A DNA stretch of 17,733 nucleotides from Bdellovibrionales bacterium (GTDB lineage Bacteria; Bdellovibrionota; Bdellovibrionia; Bdellovibrionales; DASUEL01). Within the stretch, counting starts at the first letter, position 1, and every line of letters begins with the position of its first letter. The notes under the pieces are model-generated. The model was not told the origin of the DNA. It saw only the letters and a program-made list of their open reading frames with translations, and ran no database searches. Location of the stretch: the NCBI GenBank assembly GCA_050250255.1, contig JBFWOZ010000054.1, positions 1 through 17,733 of the forward strand, read 5' to 3'. The position numbers and the translations under genes are program-made. Shown piece by piece: positions 15,241 through 17,733 of the stretch.

Positions 15241-16368
15241 ATGAAACGAAAAGGATGTGTAAGCGCCGTTCAAGTGCTTATTATTTTTTGTACTCTACTA
15301 ATACTTTCTACTCCTGCATTTGCGGGACCACGAGAGACAGCGAGGAAACTTTTTGAGCGTTTGACCGGGGTTCCACTGATGTTGAATGACCCACGTCTTC
15401 CGCAAATGGAAGCAATGGTTCAGTCGGGTCAATTACGTGCAGCCGCTCAAATCGCAACAAACGACGACAATTTTTACAACGAGACGGTACGTTACTGGGC
15501 GATGCCGATGTCGAACAAAGATGGGACGGCTTTTGCTCCGCTCAACGACTTTGTTTCGATGTTTATCGGAATCACGCGAGATCAAACGGATGCGCGTGAG
15601 CTTCTCACAAAAGATTTCACATATGTTGTGAAGGGACTGCCGGCTCCCGTTCCAGAAAATAACACTCATTATTTAACAGCAGATCAAAGACAAATGAACC
15701 TTCGTCAAAACTTGGAAAGAGTAGATGGAGTTTCTCAAGGGAAGAGAGAATATGCCGGCGTGTTGACCAGTCGTGCATGGGCTGAAGCTCACATGATTAT
15801 GGGAACAAACCGTCGTGCGCTTCAATACTCCCTTCAAGTGTTTCTCTGCCGACCGATTGAATCTTATATGAATTTTGAACTCCCGGATAATTGGGTCAGA
15901 AGAGATGTGGATCGTCGCCCTGGTGGTGTTTACAAAACTTACCAAACGCGCTGTGTAGGTTGTCATGCTGGAATGGATGCGCTCGGTGGTGCGTACGCTC
16001 ACTTTGATTTCGCAGGCAACAGAATGCTTTATTTACAGCCTCCGTTTGTTGCGAACAAGATGAACCAAAATAATCGTACATATCCTCCAGGAAACGTAGT
16101 TCTTGATAACTCATGGGAAAACCTATGGGTGAATTCACCAATTAAAGCAGGCCGAGGACTTCAAGAGTTTGGGCAAATGTTAACCCAAGCTGAAGAGTTT
16201 TCGACATGTATGGCTCGTACAGCCTATGCAAATGTCTGTCGTAAAAATGCGACGGACGTAGATCCTAAAGTTGCAGAAACAATTGCTATGGCTTTCGTCA
16301 ACAATGGTTACAAAATCAAAACGTTATTTGAAGAAGCAGCTATTCGAACAGAATGTTTAGGGGAGTAA
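15241..16368 (+). CDS. Secreted protein with one CxxCH motif (DUF1588/DUF1585-like module; putative c-type cytochrome)
   Basis: Signal peptide ending in AFA, then AGPRETARKLFERLTGVP, AGVLTSRAW, TNRR, CVGCHAGMD (15952-15966 for CVGCH), and a C-terminal F..C....Y..VC...F..NGY.IK.LF segment like DUF1585-type tails. Confidence 0.75.
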   Translation: MKRKGCVSAVQVLIIFCTLLILSTPAFAGPRETARKLFERLTGVPLMLNDPRLPQMEAMVQSGQLRAAAQIATNDDNFYNETVRYWAMPMSNKDGTAFAPLNDFVSMFIGITRDQTDARELLTKDFTYVVKGLPAPVPENNTHYLTADQRQMNLRQNLERVDGVSQGKREYAGVLTSRAWAEAHMIMGTNRRALQYSLQVFLCRPIESYMNFELPDNWVRRDVDRRPGGVYKTYQTRCVGCHAGMDALGGAYAHFDFAGNRMLYLQPPFVANKMNQNNRTYPPGNVVLDNSWENLWVNSPIKAGRGLQEFGQMLTQAEEFSTCMARTAYANVCRKNATDVDPKVAETIAMAFVNNGYKIKTLFEEAAIRTECLGE

Positions 16369-16370
16369 TT

Positions 16371-16913
16371 ATGAAGTCTTTTGCTTTATTTATTTTAGCT
16401 TTCGCCTTCCTGTCTCCGGCAGTGCATGCGGATATTGGGGTGAAGAATTATCGCCAAGTCTACAGTGCCATGTCGATTGTCACAGGAGTTCCAAAAGAAA
16501 ATCCTAGCACGGCAGCTTACTTTGCAGGAGCTTACCGCCGACTCTCTGAAACAGGAGCTGTTTCAAGCGTCACGGCACCCCTTCTGTTAACAACGACAGT
16601 TTTGGCTTCTCGCTTCTGCAAAGAAATGATCAATGCAGATGCTGCAAAACCAGAAAATCAACGAGCTGCTCACGGCGCCGTAGATTTTACGAAGAGTCCC
16701 GAGCAGTTTACTCAGGCCGCCCAAAAAGATGTGCTGACTCGATATGCTTACCTCTTTTGGGGATTACAACCGACAGCGACAGAACTCACTACGGGTATGA
16801 CCGCTTTTGCTGAAGCCGGTGTGGGATTACAGCAGACTCCTGAAAGTCTCAAACTTGTTTTAATGGCTGGCTGCACTCCCGCTTTGGCGAGCTTAAACCT
16901 CATCACTCACTAA
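16371..16913 (+). CDS. Small secreted hypothetical protein, 180 aa
   Basis: Signal peptide ending in VHA. The GGGGAG RBS overlaps the end of the previous gene. Motifs IGVKNYRQVYSAMSIVTGV, LASRFC and a C-terminal AGCTPALAS (two Cys). Start at ATG 16371. Confidence 0.82.
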   Translation: MKSFALFILAFAFLSPAVHADIGVKNYRQVYSAMSIVTGVPKENPSTAAYFAGAYRRLSETGAVSSVTAPLLLTTTVLASRFCKEMINADAAKPENQRAAHGAVDFTKSPEQFTQAAQKDVLTRYAYLFWGLQPTATELTTGMTAFAEAGVGLQQTPESLKLVLMAGCTPALASLNLITH

Positions 16914-16926
16914 AAAGGAAGACACA

Positions 16927-17733
16927 ATGAAAGAAACAACACCAAAAAAACCTCTTCTGTATAGTGATCATAAAAAACCAACAACTCGCCGCGAGTTTTT
17001 AGCGCAAGGTCTTTTAGATCTAGCCGCGTTTACGGTCGTCCCTTCAGTGCTCAGCACCTTCACTGCGAAAGCGGCATGGGCGCTGAATGCAAACTGTGAA
17101 GTTCCAGACAATGGATATATTCCATTTATGGTGTTCGACATGGCTGGAGGCGGAGGTTTACCCGGTAACTTCCTTGTTGGAAAACAAGGTGGTCCCGAAG
17201 ATCTTCTCGCAAGTTACGGGCTCTTAGGTTGGGATCCTCGTACCGTTGCGCTAGATCGACGTTTTGGTCTTCCAATGGCTGGAGGAAACGTCAGCCGTAT
17301 TTTGCAAGGGATGATCGCCACGATGAGTCCAGAGGCTCAAGCCCTCACACGCATGGGAAGCATTTGTCATCAAAGCCAAGATGACTCAAGCATCAATACG
17401 ACATCGGCTTTGATTGAAGTCGCGAAGGCAGGATTGCAAGGAAGCCTGATTAAAACAGGTCTCGGTATGTCGGCTACGGAAAGTGGTGGCAACACACAAG
17501 TTCCAATGAAGGAATCCACCCTGAAGCCTTTAGAAGTTGCGAGCGTTACTTCGGTTACGGGCTCTACGGGCTATGAGGTTCTACAAACAGAGCTCTCTCG
17601 ATCAGGACTTGCGGCGATTGCAAAAGCGAATCTCTCCTACAGCCGCGAGCAGATTGCAAAGTTTGAACGCTTGCCAAACGGAGCTCAATTAAAAGAACTA
17701 ACGGAATGTGGGTACACGAAAAATTCTGACATT
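16927..17733 (+). CDS. Tat-exported hypothetical protein, truncated at the window end (not in the ORF track); loosely DUF1501/DUF1552-like
   Basis: AAGGAAG RBS, ATG 16927, then open for 269 codons to the end of the window: MKETTPKKPLLYSDHKKPTTRREFLAQG...AWA|LNANC...IPFMVFDMAGGGGLPGNFLVGKQGGPEDLL...SQDDSSIN...SGGN. Twin-arginine motif TRREFL at 16984-17001. Confidence 0.85.
   Translation, partial: MKETTPKKPLLYSDHKKPTTRREFLAQGLLDLAAFTVVPSVLSTFTAKAAWALNANCEVPDNGYIPFMVFDMAGGGGLPGNFLVGKQGGPEDLLASYGLLGWDPRTVALDRRFGLPMAGGNVSRILQGMIATMSPEAQALTRMGSICHQSQDDSSINTTSALIEVAKAGLQGSLIKTGLGMSATESGGNTQVPMKESTLKPLEVASVTSVTGSTGYEVLQTELSRSGLAAIAKANLSYSREQIAKFERLPNGAQLKELTECGYTKNSDI

Noticed and set aside
1793..16141. 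Numerous short (60-190 aa) ORFs in the track nested in or antisense to the long genes (e.g. 2184..2756, 9333..9608, 15673..16002)
   Set aside because: They are shadow ORFs overlapping well-supported CDSs and have no recognisable motifs.
16927..17733. Type II secretion GspF label, which I recall being attached to some similar proteins
   Set aside because: The sequence shows a Tat signal and a soluble-looking mature region, with none of the multi-TM GspF/PilC architecture. No other T2SS genes are present.

Overview
A gene-dense bacterial chromosomal window. It is probably from a Bdellovibrionota-like organism; this is inferred from the gene families and protein style and was not checked against a database. 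It holds 18 complete CDSs and one CDS truncated at the right edge: a stand-alone cNMP-binding protein, a secreted His/Met-rich protein, an M13 metallopeptidase lipoprotein, gloB, an SDR, a Cys/His conserved hypothetical, trxA, an XRE HTH regulator missed by the ORF track (apparent ATC start), a secreted CHAD-like protein, a secreted membrane-anchored hypothetical, a 2OG-Fe(II) oxygenase with a TonB-C/AgmX-like tail, a Tat FAD oxidoreductase, a TIGR01212 (YhcC/YtqA/MnmL) radical SAM gene divergent from a stand-alone MnmC-type methyltransferase, a GlsB/YeaQ/YmgE membrane protein, and a four-gene exported-protein operon (RCC1 propeller, CxxCH protein, small secreted protein, Tat substrate). Non-coding highlights are a perfect 36-bp inverted repeat at 44-129, an 11-bp direct repeat at 7656-7686 and a possible three-way-junction RNA at 13735-13812. 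I saw no rRNA, tRNA, CRISPR array or transposase.
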